NCBI GenBank assembly: GCA_964414805.1
Contig: CAYPYZ010000001.1
Coordinates: 1 to 43,430 of the forward strand
Origin: an uncultured Paludibacter sp.
Lineage (GTDB): Bacteria > Bacteroidota > Bacteroidia > Bacteroidales > Paludibacteraceae
Direction of reading: 5' to 3'
DNA length: 43,430 nt
This document shows, piece after piece, positions 20,843-31,069 of this stretch. The position numbers were made by a program, and so were the translations under genes. The notes under the pieces are model-generated. The model saw nothing but the letters and a program-made list of their open reading frames with translations, ran no database searches and was not told the origin of the DNA. The stretch's first letter is position 1, and every line of letters starts with the position of its first letter.

Positions 20843-22804
20843 TTAAAGGATTAATTTACTTATATAATCTCCGATTTTTAAAATCACTACTCCTTTTTCA
20901 TTAGTTTTAATGGTATTATAACCCTCATTCGTAATTCCGGTATATACTTTCTGACCATAAATATCGTACAGCTCTATCAATTGTCCGGCTACTGCATTGA
21001 AACTAATCAGGTTATTTTTAACCACAATATCAATTTTTAACATGGTTTTAGTGACAGTAGTAAGATTGGAATTTTGTGGATTTGGTTGCTGATTTTCAAA
21101 ATCATTCCCTATGCTTTGCGTATACACAAATTGCTTATCTACAACTTTTCTACCTGCTGAGCGAGATGCTGAAGGATTGGTCAACATTGCAGAGCCCCAA
21201 ATAGGTACAGCTTCTTTGCCAAAGGGCACATAATCTTTAAAGTATTCATTATCTGTAATACTGGTAATTTGTGTTTTATCTATAGTCTGCGCTTCATCAG
21301 TGCTATATAAAACTACCTTACCGCCAGCAGCAGCCATTGCCACATCAGCAATCAAATCGGGCATTGGCAAATCATCACCATGCTCCCCGCCTCCCGCAGC
21401 TTGTATAAGGAAATACGAGTTTGGATCAATGGATTTTCCTTCAGGAATAACAATCAAATTCTTAGATGTACCATCTCCCGCTTGCGTATAATATTGAATA
21501 CTCCAACCGCTAATATCCACAGGTTCATTAGAAGTGTTGTAAAGTTCTATAAAATCATGTGAATAAGCAGCACCTGAATTTCCTCCACCACCATAAACTT
21601 CAGTAATGATAATAGCCGGCACGGTCAAGACCACCGGTGGATTGGTTGCTACAGCATTTAACTGCTTGGTAATTGTGGGTATTCCAGAACTGTTCATATT
21701 GAGCAATGCAGTGTGCTTGCCCTCAGCAGTAGGAGTATAGGTTATCAATAGGCTATGCGCTGCAATTATCCCCTCCTCCTGCACAATGGTATATTCTGAA
21801 AGTGTAAATAGGTCTGCATCCTCACCCGAAATATCCAACACGATATCATCTGTAAGATTGATTCCATCAATGGTGATAGATTGATTATCGGAATCACCTA
21901 CTTCTGCTTGGAAATTTGGTATCACTTGTTCAGTTATAGTAATACTTGGAACCGGTGTTATTGTCTGACCAGGAATTTCGTTATAAACATAAATATCGTC
22001 CAAAAATACATTGGCTACATTACCTACGCTACTGGTACCTATAAAGGTCATACTCTCAATCATATGTCCATCCGGCAACTGCGACTTAGCCAAATCATCA
22101 CCTATCAACTGTCCATTTAAGTACAAATCAAAGGTTCCCGGCGCAATAGAATGAGCAACTTCATCATAAGTATAATGAATTTTACCACCAATATTATTAT
22201 TGGCAAAAATTTCCAACGTATGCACAGAAGCTTGATTAATACTTTGCACTAATAATCCATCATTAGACCATTTATCAATATTCCTATACATAAGTTTTAC
22301 TGTACCATCACCTTGAAAAACAAACTGTAGAGCTGCGAAAGATTGAGCACCTAAAAAGCCACCATTATTAGAAAATATGTTACCGCTTCCTTGCGTAAAC
22401 ACCCAAGTACCAGAGGTAGCGGTGTCATTAGCATCTGCATCGCCCAAAAGCAGTTTCATAGAAGTATAAAACTGTGTTGAAGCATCGTATCCAACTATAG
22501 GTGATAGTTTAGTAGCAGCAGTGGTAGATGAAGCAACTGCCCTCGCATATGAACCCTCACACATCAAAGGATTGGAGGTCGGATCAAGGTAAATAGGTGC
22601 ATTTGGCTCAGCTGCACCGGCACGAGCGTAAGTCGTACCAACCCCCTCCGGATTAGGTAAAAAGTCTGTGGATTGAATAGGACTGCTATGCATCTTTGTA
22701 TCATGACCAAAACCCTGCACGGCAGTCTGACCATATACAGGCATACTTATAATACTGAATATAAGCATACAAAAAGAAATAGTAAAAGGAATAATTTTTT
22801 TCAT
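20843..22804 (-). CDS. Secreted lamin-tail-domain protein with Ig-like domain and probable T9SS C-terminal sorting domain
   Basis: Signal peptide MKKIIPF...VYG; lamin-tail motif IITEVYGGGGNSGA..HDFIELYN; CTD-like end IELYDIYGQKV...GVVILKIG..SKLIL. Confidence 0.75.
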   Translation of the reverse strand: MKKIIPFTISFCMLIFSIISMPVYGQTAVQGFGHDTKMHSSPIQSTDFLPNPEGVGTTYARAGAAEPNAPIYLDPTSNPLMCEGSYARAVASSTTAATKLSPIVGYDASTQFYTSMKLLLGDADANDTATSGTWVFTQGSGNIFSNNGGFLGAQSFAALQFVFQGDGTVKLMYRNIDKWSNDGLLVQSINQASVHTLEIFANNNIGGKIHYTYDEVAHSIAPGTFDLYLNGQLIGDDLAKSQLPDGHMIESMTFIGTSSVGNVANVFLDDIYVYNEIPGQTITPVPSITITEQVIPNFQAEVGDSDNQSITIDGINLTDDIVLDISGEDADLFTLSEYTIVQEEGIIAAHSLLITYTPTAEGKHTALLNMNSSGIPTITKQLNAVATNPPVVLTVPAIIITEVYGGGGNSGAAYSHDFIELYNTSNEPVDISGWSIQYYTQAGDGTSKNLIVIPEGKSIDPNSYFLIQAAGGGEHGDDLPMPDLIADVAMAAAGGKVVLYSTDEAQTIDKTQITSITDNEYFKDYVPFGKEAVPIWGSAMLTNPSASRSAGRKVVDKQFVYTQSIGNDFENQQPNPQNSNLTTVTKTMLKIDIVVKNNLISFNAVAGQLIELYDIYGQKVYTGITNEGYNTIKTNEKGVVILKIGDYISKLIL

Positions 22805-23035
22805 AATAATTAAACAATTAATAAATTTCAAAATAAGGCGCCGGTTGAATTAAAGTGTACACTAACACGATGCAAAAATAAGTATTGTAAAATTAAAATG
22901 CTATGCAAAAGGTAAAAAGATGCGTTTGGATGCAAAATTTTTACCTTTTACCTTTTGCATACCACAAAAGTAATAAGAAATTAAAGAAATTCTCATTTAA
23001 ACTGAGAAATCATATATACAATTGAAATATTTGAT

Positions 23036-23043
23036 TAATTTTG
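23036..23043 (+). promoter_or_regulatory. -7 box of the speA promoter
   Basis: TAATTTTG about 90 nt upstream of ATG 23135. Confidence 0.5.
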
Positions 23044-23134
23044 CGTGCTTTTCAAACTAAAGCCAAATCTAAGTTAGTTACTTATATGTTTAATCCTTAA
23101 TCCATCTTAGTTGGATTTATAAACTTTTATTAAA

Positions 23135-24526
23135 ATGAAAAATAAGTATATAGATTTAATTGAACAATCATTCGAATTTCCTAATGAGGAATTTACATTA
23201 AATGAAAACAACTTAGAATGGTTTGATGTACCTTTAATGGATATTATTAAACAGTACGGAACCCCTTTGCGAATTTCATACTTACCTAAAATAGGAGATA
23301 ACATACAGAGAGCCAGAAGGATGTTCAATGTTGCAATGGCAAAAGTGGATTATGATGGTGAATATCATTATTGCTATTGTAGTAAGAGTTCGCATTTTTC
23401 ATTTGTAATGGAAGAAGTGCTAAAATATGGAGTTCACTTGGAAACTTCCTCTGCCTTTGACATAAATATCATTGAAGCCTTGCATGAAGAACAGCAACTT
23501 AACAAAGATATATTCATTATTTGCAACGGATTTAAAAGACCTCAATATGTAGAAAATATAAAGAGTTTGATTGCTGATGGGTTTAATAATGTAATACCCA
23601 TTTTAGATAATAAGTTTGAATTAGACCTATTACTTAAAGATTTTGACTATAAATTCAACGTAGGTATTCGCATTGCATCTGAAGAAGAACCAAAATTTAG
23701 CTTTTATACTTCGCGCTTAGGTATTCGTTATAAAGACATTATACCTTATTATAAAAATCATATTGCCAACAATAAGCAAGTCAAACTAAAAATGTTACAC
23801 TTCTTCATCAATACAGGTGTAAAGGATACAGCTTATTATTGGAATGAACTTAATAAAGCCATCAATCTTTATTGCGAACTCAAGAAAATATGTCCTGACT
23901 TAGACAGTCTAAATATAGGTGGTGGTTTTCCAATTCAAACCCATTTAGATATGGTGTATGAATATGAGTATTTGGCAGAAGAAATTGTAGCTCAAATCAA
24001 ATCCATTTGTGAAAAATACGAAGTACCAGAACCGGATATCTTTACAGAATTTGGTTCTTTTACCGTTGGTGAAAGTGGTGCAATGTTGTATTCCATTGTA
24101 AACCAAAAGAAACAGAATGACAGAGAGTTGTGGAATATGATAGACTCCTCATTCATGACCACCTTACCTGATACTTGGGCAATCAATCAAAGATATGTGT
24201 TTTTAGCTATTAATAATTGGGAGTCGGAGTACGAGCGTGTCAACTTAGGCGGTTTAACCTGCGATAGCGAGGACTTTTATAATGCAGAAGTCCATTCTAA
24301 TGCGATATTTTTACCCAAAATGCAGCAAGACAGGGAACAGTATATAGGATTTTTCCATACAGGCGCTTATCAGGAATCTTTAGGTGGTTATGGCGGTATC
24401 CAGCATTGCTTGATACCAGCACCGAAAATGGTTATCATAGATAAAGATGAAGATGGAGAATACTTCACCAAACTATTTGCAAAAGAACAAAGCTATAAAT
24501 CGATGCTGAAAATATTGGGATATTAG
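23135..24526 (+). CDS. speA: Arginine decarboxylase (short Bacteroidetes form, fold-type III PLP)
   Basis: YCSKSSH PLP lysine, ICNGFK, SRLG, NIGGG, TEFG, GLTCDS and GAYQ motifs; substrate inferred. Confidence 0.8.
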   Translation: MKNKYIDLIEQSFEFPNEEFTLNENNLEWFDVPLMDIIKQYGTPLRISYLPKIGDNIQRARRMFNVAMAKVDYDGEYHYCYCSKSSHFSFVMEEVLKYGVHLETSSAFDINIIEALHEEQQLNKDIFIICNGFKRPQYVENIKSLIADGFNNVIPILDNKFELDLLLKDFDYKFNVGIRIASEEEPKFSFYTSRLGIRYKDIIPYYKNHIANNKQVKLKMLHFFINTGVKDTAYYWNELNKAINLYCELKKICPDLDSLNIGGGFPIQTHLDMVYEYEYLAEEIVAQIKSICEKYEVPEPDIFTEFGSFTVGESGAMLYSIVNQKKQNDRELWNMIDSSFMTTLPDTWAINQRYVFLAINNWESEYERVNLGGLTCDSEDFYNAEVHSNAIFLPKMQQDREQYIGFFHTGAYQESLGGYGGIQHCLIPAPKMVIIDKDEDGEYFTKLFAKEQSYKSMLKILGY

Positions 24527-25338
24527 GCCAATAAAAGACTTAAATACATATAGATAGCCGGTGCGACAAACAACATACTGTCAAATCTGTCCAACAGACC
24601 ACCGTGTCCGGGCATTATAGTTCCCGAATCTTTGATACCAATTTTTCTTTTGATTAAGGATTCAAAGAAATCTCCAAAGGTACCGGCTATGACTACAATT
24701 AAAGCAAAAAGCAACCAGTAAATAAGACTGATTTCTTTTAATAAAATAGAGCAAAAATAGCCTGACAACAAAGCTACTACAACGCCACCTACAAAGCCTT
24801 CCCATGATTTTTTAGGAGAAATACGGGGAAACATTTTATGCTTGCCTATACTTACACCAACTAAATAAGCTCCTGAGTCATACAACCATATCAATGCAAA
24901 CATAGCAATCAACAGCCAAGGATTAAACGCATTAGTTATATACAATATGAAGTTTAAAATGCTGAAAGGTAAGGCAATAAAAATTTGACCAAATAAAAAA
25001 TAAGCAATATTATGTATGGGATTATTTTTTTGTAAAAACAATTCTGAAAAAAACACCAACATGATAAACAGTGCATAAACAAAAAAAATCAAATAAGATT
25101 GCAGCACAAAAACGTATAAAAAAGAGCTAATAAATAATATAGCACCTCCAAGCATTGCCAAGTATTTATTGACATCGACATGCTCTTGCATATTGGTCAA
25201 CCTGTGAAATTCGAAGAGAGAACCCACGGTAAGCAATGCAAATACGACCAAAAAAGCGTATGGACTAAGTAGGATAGAGCCCACTATAATAAGTACAAAC
25301 AAAATTCCGCTCAATGTTCGTATCAATAATTGTTGCAT
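24523..25338 (-). CDS. cdsA: Phosphatidate cytidylyltransferase
   Basis: ISPKKSWEG and GDFFESLIKR..GIKDSG..MPGHGGLLDRFDS signature. Confidence 0.96.
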   Translation of the reverse strand: MQQLLIRTLSGILFVLIIVGSILLSPYAFLVVFALLTVGSLFEFHRLTNMQEHVDVNKYLAMLGGAILFISSFLYVFVLQSYLIFFVYALFIMLVFFSELFLQKNNPIHNIAYFLFGQIFIALPFSILNFILYITNAFNPWLLIAMFALIWLYDSGAYLVGVSIGKHKMFPRISPKKSWEGFVGGVVVALLSGYFCSILLKEISLIYWLLFALIVVIAGTFGDFFESLIKRKIGIKDSGTIMPGHGGLLDRFDSMLFVAPAIYMYLSLLLA

Positions 25339-25422
25339 CTGATTTTTTTTGAAGGTATTAATTAATGGTCTGTCTTAGGTGTTATTCAATATAAAAACAA
25401 TCAATTTATCAACATATATAAT

Positions 25423-27396
25423 TTAACTCTCGGTTGTTTCTGATTGAGTATTTTCCCCATTTTGCTGCATAAGTTCATCATGACGAGAAGCCCAAGGTCG
25501 TGCTCCAAAAACTTTTTCTAAATCTTCCGCAAAAATAACCTCTCGTTCAAGTAGCAATTCAACTAATTTACCGTGTCCTTCAGCATTTTCCCTCAAAATT
25601 TTCTTAGCACGCTCATATTGTTCCGCTACTATATTCTTAGCTTCTTTATCTATCAGTTCAGCCGTTTTTTCACTATAAGGCTTAGTGAAACCATAATCAG
25701 ATGATCCAGAAGAATCATAATAACTCAAATTTGGAAGTTTTTCACTCATACCAAAATAGGCAACCATGGCATAAGCCCTTTTGGTAACACGCTCTAAATC
25801 ATTGATTGCACCGGTTGATAACTGTTCTAAATAAACCTCCTCAGCAGCCCTACCGCCTAAAGTAGCACACATCTCATCCAATATATGTTCTTTGGAAGTC
25901 AACTGTCTTTCTTCCGGTAAATACCATGCAGCACCCAAGGCTTCACCACGGGGTACTATAGTCACTTTAACCAGTGGATTAGCATGTTCGAGCATCCAAC
26001 TGATAGTGGCATGGCCAGCTTCATGATAGGCAATAGATTTCTTTTCAGATTGCGTAATGATTTTATTTTTCTTCTCTAACCCACCAACTATTCTATCTAC
26101 TGCATCTAAAAAATCCTGCTTACCGACAAAAGATTTACTTTTTCTGGCAGCTATCAAAGCCGCTTCATTACAAACATTGGCGATATCAGCACCAGAAAAT
26201 CCTGGCGTTTGTTTAGCAAGAAAATCTACATCAACCGATTCATCAATTTTTACCGGACGCAAATGCACATTGAATATCTGTTTCCTTTCGTGAATATCAG
26301 GCAAATCTACGTGTATTTGTCTGTCAAAACGACCCGCACGCAATAAAGCTTTATCCAAAACATCCGCTCTATTCGTCGCAGCTAAAATAATCACACCACT
26401 ATTAGAACCGAAACCATCCATTTCGGTAAGTAGCTGATTTAAAGTATTCTCTCTTTCATCATTACTGCCCATATTGGGATTTTTCCCACGAGAACGCCCT
26501 ACTGCATCAATCTCATCTATAAAAATAATACAAGGTGCTTTCTCTTTTGCTTGCCTGAATAGATCCCTTACGCGGGAAGCCCCTACCCCAACAAACATTT
26601 CAACAAAATCGGAACCCGACATAGAAAAGAAAGGCACATCAGCTTCACCAGCTACAGCCTTGGCTAAAAGTGTTTTACCTGTCCCTGGAGGTCCCACCAA
26701 CAAAGCTCCTTTTGGAATTTTTCCACCAAGATTAGTATATTTATCTGGACTTTTCAGGAAGGCTACTATCTCTTCAACTTCTTGTTTAGCACCCGATAAA
26801 CCCGCTACATCCTTGAAAGTTGTTTTATTGGCTGCATCTTCAGCATCGAATAATTTTGCACGTGACTTCCCTACATTGAAAATACCACCTGGTCCACCAC
26901 TACCACCAACCGAACCTGACATGCGGCGAGTGATAAACATAAAGAAGAAAATTAGCAATAAAAGTGGGAAAACACTGTATAGAAAGAGCTCTAAGTAATT
27001 TTTACCATCCTTATAAGCTACCTGTTTGAATTCTTTTTCAGCAACAAAATCTTGAAATGTATCAACGCTGGGAATTTTAACCGTAATTTTTCGATATGGT
27101 TGATATTCCTTATAATTTTTACCAAAAACGGTTTCTAATATGGCTGCACTATCCTTAACGACTGCCTCAGCTTGATTTTTTTGTATCAAAACTTGAACAC
27201 TCTCGATATATCCTTTACTAATATACTCTGTAAAAATTGGATATTCATCAATTGTTTTTATACTTTCTCGACCATTAAACAAATTATATCCAATCAATGC
27301 AAAAAATATCAAGCCATAGATCCAAAAAATTTTTGAACCACGTTTCTTGTTCGTCGGCTTCTTAGGCGTACCTGATTTTGCTTTTTTATCTTTCAT
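25423..27396 (-). CDS. ftsH: ATP-dependent zinc metalloprotease FtsH
   Basis: Two TM segments, [21 protein letters not shown] and HEAGH motifs. Confidence 0.98.
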   Translation of the reverse strand: MKDKKAKSGTPKKPTNKKRGSKIFWIYGLIFFALIGYNLFNGRESIKTIDEYPIFTEYISKGYIESVQVLIQKNQAEAVVKDSAAILETVFGKNYKEYQPYRKITVKIPSVDTFQDFVAEKEFKQVAYKDGKNYLELFLYSVFPLLLLIFFFMFITRRMSGSVGGSGGPGGIFNVGKSRAKLFDAEDAANKTTFKDVAGLSGAKQEVEEIVAFLKSPDKYTNLGGKIPKGALLVGPPGTGKTLLAKAVAGEADVPFFSMSGSDFVEMFVGVGASRVRDLFRQAKEKAPCIIFIDEIDAVGRSRGKNPNMGSNDERENTLNQLLTEMDGFGSNSGVIILAATNRADVLDKALLRAGRFDRQIHVDLPDIHERKQIFNVHLRPVKIDESVDVDFLAKQTPGFSGADIANVCNEAALIAARKSKSFVGKQDFLDAVDRIVGGLEKKNKIITQSEKKSIAYHEAGHATISWMLEHANPLVKVTIVPRGEALGAAWYLPEERQLTSKEHILDEMCATLGGRAAEEVYLEQLSTGAINDLERVTKRAYAMVAYFGMSEKLPNLSYYDSSGSSDYGFTKPYSEKTAELIDKEAKNIVAEQYERAKKILRENAEGHGKLVELLLEREVIFAEDLEKVFGARPWASRHDELMQQNGENTQSETTES

Positions 27397-27409
27397 ATTA
27401 TCGCTTAAA

Positions 27410-27781
27410 TTATTCTGCTATCTTTTGTAATTCGGCATCAGCCCACAGCTGTTCAATATCATAAAATTTTCGTAGTTCAGGTTGAAAAACATGCACGATA
27501 ATTTGTCCATAATCCATGGCTATCCATTCACTATTATCAAATCCTATGGCAGCAATTGGCTTAATATCTAATTGATCATTTACATAATCCTTGATAGACA
27601 ATGCGATTGATTTTACATGCACATTAGAATCACCTTCACAAATCACAAAAAACTTGCAAGGAGGATCCTTCAGTTTGTTCATGTTAAGAATCACGATATG
27701 CTTACCCTTTTTCTCTTGTATTCCTTCAACAATTTTTTGGGTAATTTGTTCGTTTTCAAATGTTTTAAAAGTTTCTGTCAC
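27410..27781 (-). CDS. rsfS: Ribosome silencing factor
   Basis: EKKG..IVIL and WIAMDYG.IIVHVF...R.FYDIEQLW motifs; -7 box TATATTTG on - at 27812-27819. Confidence 0.93.
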   Translation of the reverse strand: MTETFKTFENEQITQKIVEGIQEKKGKHIVILNMNKLKDPPCKFFVICEGDSNVHVKSIALSIKDYVNDQLDIKPIAAIGFDNSEWIAMDYGQIIVHVFQPELRKFYDIEQLWADAELQKIAE

Positions 27782-27896
27782 GATGAGTATTTATAATTCT
27801 GATTGAGCATACAAATATAATCCTTAATTATTGAGTTGTAAAATATCTTATGATATTTTATACAGATGCATTAGACAGCCATAAGCTATTAGACAT

Positions 27897-27927
27897 AAAA
27901 GCCCACTATCAATAAAGACAGTGGGCT
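27897..27927 (-). terminator. Intrinsic terminator after rpsT
   Basis: The minus strand reads AGCCCACTGTC-tttatt-GATAGTGGGCT followed by a T-run. Confidence 0.8.
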
Positions 27928-27952
27928 AATTTATATATACAGTATATATTTC

Positions 27953-28207
27953 TTAGTCTAATTTATTTACGTACACTGCTAATTTTGACTTTAAATTAGA
28001 TGCCTTATTTTTATGAATAACATTGCGTTTAGCTAATTTATCCAACATGGAACTAACCTTTGGTAAAAGCTCAGTTGCAACGGCTTTATCGGTAGTTGCA
28101 CGCAACTTACGAACGGCATTACGTGTAGTTCTCGCATAATAGCGATTATGTAATTTACGCTTTTCTGTTTGGCGTATTCTTTTAAGAGCTGATTGATGAT
28201 TTGCCAT
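27953..28207 (-). CDS. rpsT: 30S ribosomal protein S20
   Basis: [13 protein letters not shown]...[13 protein letters not shown]. Confidence 0.97.
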   Translation of the reverse strand: MANHQSALKRIRQTEKRKLHNRYYARTTRNAVRKLRATTDKAVATELLPKVSSMLDKLAKRNVIHKNKASNLKSKLAVYVNKLD

Positions 28208-28235
28208 CTGATATTAATTTATAATCTTTAAAAAT

Positions 28236-28310
28236 TGGTAGCCCATAGGGGAATCGAACCCCTCTTTCCAGAATGAAAATCTGGCGTCCTAACCGATAGA
28301 CGAATGGGCC
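28236..28310 (-). tRNA. tRNA-Glu (TTC), CCA encoded
   Basis: The minus strand reads GGCCCATTCGTCTATCGGTTAGGACGCCAGATTTTCATTCTGGAAAGAGGGGTTCGATTCCCCTATGGGCTACCA, with anticodon arm CCAGA-TT-TTC-AT-TCTGG and T-loop GTTCGA. -7 box TATATTTG at 28350-28357. Confidence 0.97.
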
Positions 28311-28444
28311 ATTAAATCAAAAAAGCAACTAACTTCTTAATTGCGGGTGCAAATATACGTTAGTTTTTTGATTTAACAAAACCTTTTCTGAACTTTTTGT
28401 CACTATCGATTAAACTTATACGGAAATTCATCAAGCGTATTAAA

Positions 28445-29362
28445 TCAATTAACGCGGAATCGCTCATTACCTTTCTTCAAGAAACCAACAATTTGATTAG
28501 CTGCCGCGATACCCGCATTGATATTGGCTTCAGCGGTCTGAGCTCCCATTTTCTTAGGAGTTGAAAAATACCTTCCCGGAAATTTATCCTGCATCTCTTG
28601 GTGGTTATTTGGCTTGATATCAGTCATATACTTAATATCTGTCCGCTCCTCCATCAAAAGTACTAATTCCTCTTCATGGATAATTTCCTTACGGGCTGAA
28701 TTGACAATAATAGCACCTTTAGGCAAGAGATTCAACAAATTACGATTGATAGACTTTTCCGTTTCAGGAGTCAATGGTATATTGATAGAAACGATATCTG
28801 ATTTTTCATACAAATCATTTTCTGAATGTAGCGGTACAACCTCATCAGCCGCAATCAATTCATCGCTACAGAAAGCATCGTAAGCATAGATCTCCATACC
28901 TATCCCTTTGGCAATACGGGCAACATTGCGACCCACATTACCGTAAGCATGAATACCTATTTTCTTGTCTTTCAACTCTATACCCGAACTACCATTGTAA
29001 AAATTACGTGCAGCATATATCAGTAATCCAAACACCAATTCAGCTACGGCATTGGAATTTTGTCCCGGCGTATTCATCACACAAACTCCTGCATCAGTTG
29101 CTGCAGTCAAATCAATATTATCATACCCTGCCCCTGCTCTGACAATAATTTTCAAATCTTTAGCAGCTGCAATCACCTCGGCATCAATGATATCACTTCG
29201 TACAATCATGGCATGTACATTAGCCACTGCATCCAAAAGCGCTTGCTTGGATTCATAGCGCTCTAATAGTAGCAACTCGTAACCTGCAGACTCAATTACC
29301 TCTTTAATACCATTTACTGCTACCGGAGCAAATGGTTTTTCGGTTGCAATAAGAACCTTCAT
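28445..29362 (-). CDS. serA: D-3-phosphoglycerate dehydrogenase (short form)
   Basis: RAGAGYDNID, NTPGQNSNAVAEL and GAQTAEA motifs; adjacent to serC. Confidence 0.85.
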   Translation of the reverse strand: MKVLIATEKPFAPVAVNGIKEVIESAGYELLLLERYESKQALLDAVANVHAMIVRSDIIDAEVIAAAKDLKIIVRAGAGYDNIDLTAATDAGVCVMNTPGQNSNAVAELVFGLLIYAARNFYNGSSGIELKDKKIGIHAYGNVGRNVARIAKGIGMEIYAYDAFCSDELIAADEVVPLHSENDLYEKSDIVSINIPLTPETEKSINRNLLNLLPKGAIIVNSARKEIIHEEELVLLMEERTDIKYMTDIKPNNHQEMQDKFPGRYFSTPKKMGAQTAEANINAGIAAANQIVGFLKKGNERFRVN

Positions 29363-29423
29363 AATGATAGATTATTAGTTTGTGAAATAAAATAATAAAA
29401 ATATAGGATGTGTTACCTACAAA

Positions 29424-30494
29424 TCAGGCTTTCAGTTGTTCGAATTCCTGCATACAATCAACCAAAACCTGCACACTTTCAATGGGTAATGCATTATAAG
29501 TAGATGCTCTAAACCCACCTACAGAGCGATGTCCTTTGATGCCAACAATACCGCGTTCAGTGGCGAATTGTAAAAATTCCGCTTCTAAACTTGCATATTC
29601 AGGACGCATAACAAAACATATATTCATGCGTGAACGATCTTCTTTAGCTGCCGTTCCCACAAATAATTTACTCTTATCAATAGCACCATATAATAGTGCT
29701 GCTTTCGCAATATTGCGTTTTTCCATTTCTTCTAAACCACCTAAAGATTTAATCCAACGCAAGGTTTCCAAAGCACTGTATATAGGCAAAACAGGCGGTG
29801 TATTAAACATGGAACCATTTTTAATATGCACCCTATAATCCAACATGGAAGGAATATGGCGAGATACCTTACCTAAAATTTCATCTTTCACTATAACGAA
29901 TGCCAAACCTGCCGGTGCTAAATTTTTCTGAGCACCACCATATATAATAGCATATTTTGAAACATCGATTGGGCGGGAGAAAATATCAGAAGACATATCG
30001 GCTACCAAAGGTATAGGAGAATCTATATCTGTTAATATTTCAGTACCAAAAATAGTATTATTTGTTGTAATGTGCAGATAATCAGCATCAGCTGGAATCT
30101 CGTAAGATTTAGGAATATAGTTGTAATTAGCATCTTTAGAAGAAGCAATTTCTACAACCTCACCAAAACCAAAAGCTTCTTTCATAGCTTTGTTAGCCCA
30201 AGTTCCTGTGTTTAGATAAGCAGCCTTCTTTTCCAAAAGATTGTAAGGAACCATACAAAACTGCATGCTGGCACCGCTTCCAAGAAAAAGTACCGAATAG
30301 CCTTCCGGAATAGACAATATTTCTTTAAATAGCTCAATAGCCTCATCTACAACAGCTTGAAAGTCTTTAGAACGATGAGAGATTTCTAAGACAGATAGTC
30401 CGGAATGATTAAAATCTAAAACGGCCTGTGCAGTTTTTTCTATTACCTCACGTGAAAGTATGGAGGGTCCTGCATAAAAATTATGTTTCTTCAT
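29424..30494 (-). CDS. serC: Phosphoserine aminotransferase
   Basis: NFYAGP, EISHRS, DMSS, GAQKN, NTPP and [11 protein letters not shown] motifs; -7 box TACATTTG on - at 30639-30646. Confidence 0.97.
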   Translation of the reverse strand: MKKHNFYAGPSILSREVIEKTAQAVLDFNHSGLSVLEISHRSKDFQAVVDEAIELFKEILSIPEGYSVLFLGSGASMQFCMVPYNLLEKKAAYLNTGTWANKAMKEAFGFGEVVEIASSKDANYNYIPKSYEIPADADYLHITTNNTIFGTEILTDIDSPIPLVADMSSDIFSRPIDVSKYAIIYGGAQKNLAPAGLAFVIVKDEILGKVSRHIPSMLDYRVHIKNGSMFNTPPVLPIYSALETLRWIKSLGGLEEMEKRNIAKAALLYGAIDKSKLFVGTAAKEDRSRMNICFVMRPEYASLEAEFLQFATERGIVGIKGHRSVGGFRASTYNALPIESVQVLVDCMQEFEQLKA

Positions 30495-30912
30495 TTACAA
30501 TAAATTATATTGAGTTGCCACTAAATCTTTATTTTTTTCGGAAAAATCAGACAGGCAGATAAAGGCAGTAATAATTTGTCTTCAAGAGAGCAGATGTTCC
30601 GATAAATAGAGATTTTTTTCCTTATTGATTATAAGTTGCAAATGTAATACTTTTTTTGTTTTACACCTTGTTATGTATTAAATTTCTTGTTATTTCTATG
30701 AAATTATTTCAAAATTACAGCAAATGATTGATTTTTGTAGCATTTTTAACAAAAACAGCCTCTCAAAATCTATATTTTGATAAGTATCATATCAGCAAAA
30801 AAATGTGATATTATTCTATATAAACTCTATACTAAGTAAACCATATTAGTAATAATTGATTTAGCATTTTGAACGCTAATTTTATGTACGAAGCCGGCGC
30901 AGTCTTGACCTT

Positions 30913-30943
30913 TTTGTATAACCAATATTTTTACGTACTTTTG
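30913..30943 (+). promoter_or_regulatory. Bacteroidetes sigma-A promoter for mgtE
   Basis: TTTG (30913-30916), 19-nt spacer, TACTTTTG (30936-30943). Confidence 0.7.
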
Positions 30944-30973
30944 TGCCTGAATTTTCTAAAATTATATATAGCT

Positions 30974-31024
30974 ATGGACGAAGGCCCGTGTTATAGTCAG
31001 CAAAACATACTCATCACGCTATAA
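30974..31024 (+). CDS. Putative mgtE leader peptide MDEGPCYSQQNILITL
   Basis: First ATG after the promoter, preceded by an AT-rich tract; 16 codons; its TAA lies in the 5' arm of a hairpin. Confidence 0.55.
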   Translation: MDEGPCYSQQNILITL

Positions 31025-31063
31025 GGGAACCAAGTTTCCTTATGGCCAAAATTGTAAGGAGAC
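31018..31063 (+). promoter_or_regulatory. Alternative hairpins (anti-sequester / RBS sequester) upstream of mgtE
   Basis: Arm 2 GTTTCCTTATGGC (31034-31046) pairs either with arm 1 GCTATAAGGGAAC (31018-31030) or with arm 3 TTGTAAGGAGAC (31052-31063, contains AAGGAG). Confidence 0.65.
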
Positions 31064-31069
31064 ATCATC

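Noticed and set aside
28236-28310. tRNA-Glu as an integration site
   Set aside because: Flanked by core genes, with no integrase or duplicated tRNA 3' end seen.
30950-31069. M-box (ykoK) riboswitch upstream of mgtE
   Set aside because: The leader is only ~120 nt, has no recognisable M-box core or terminator, and is better explained by the uORF and alternative hairpins.
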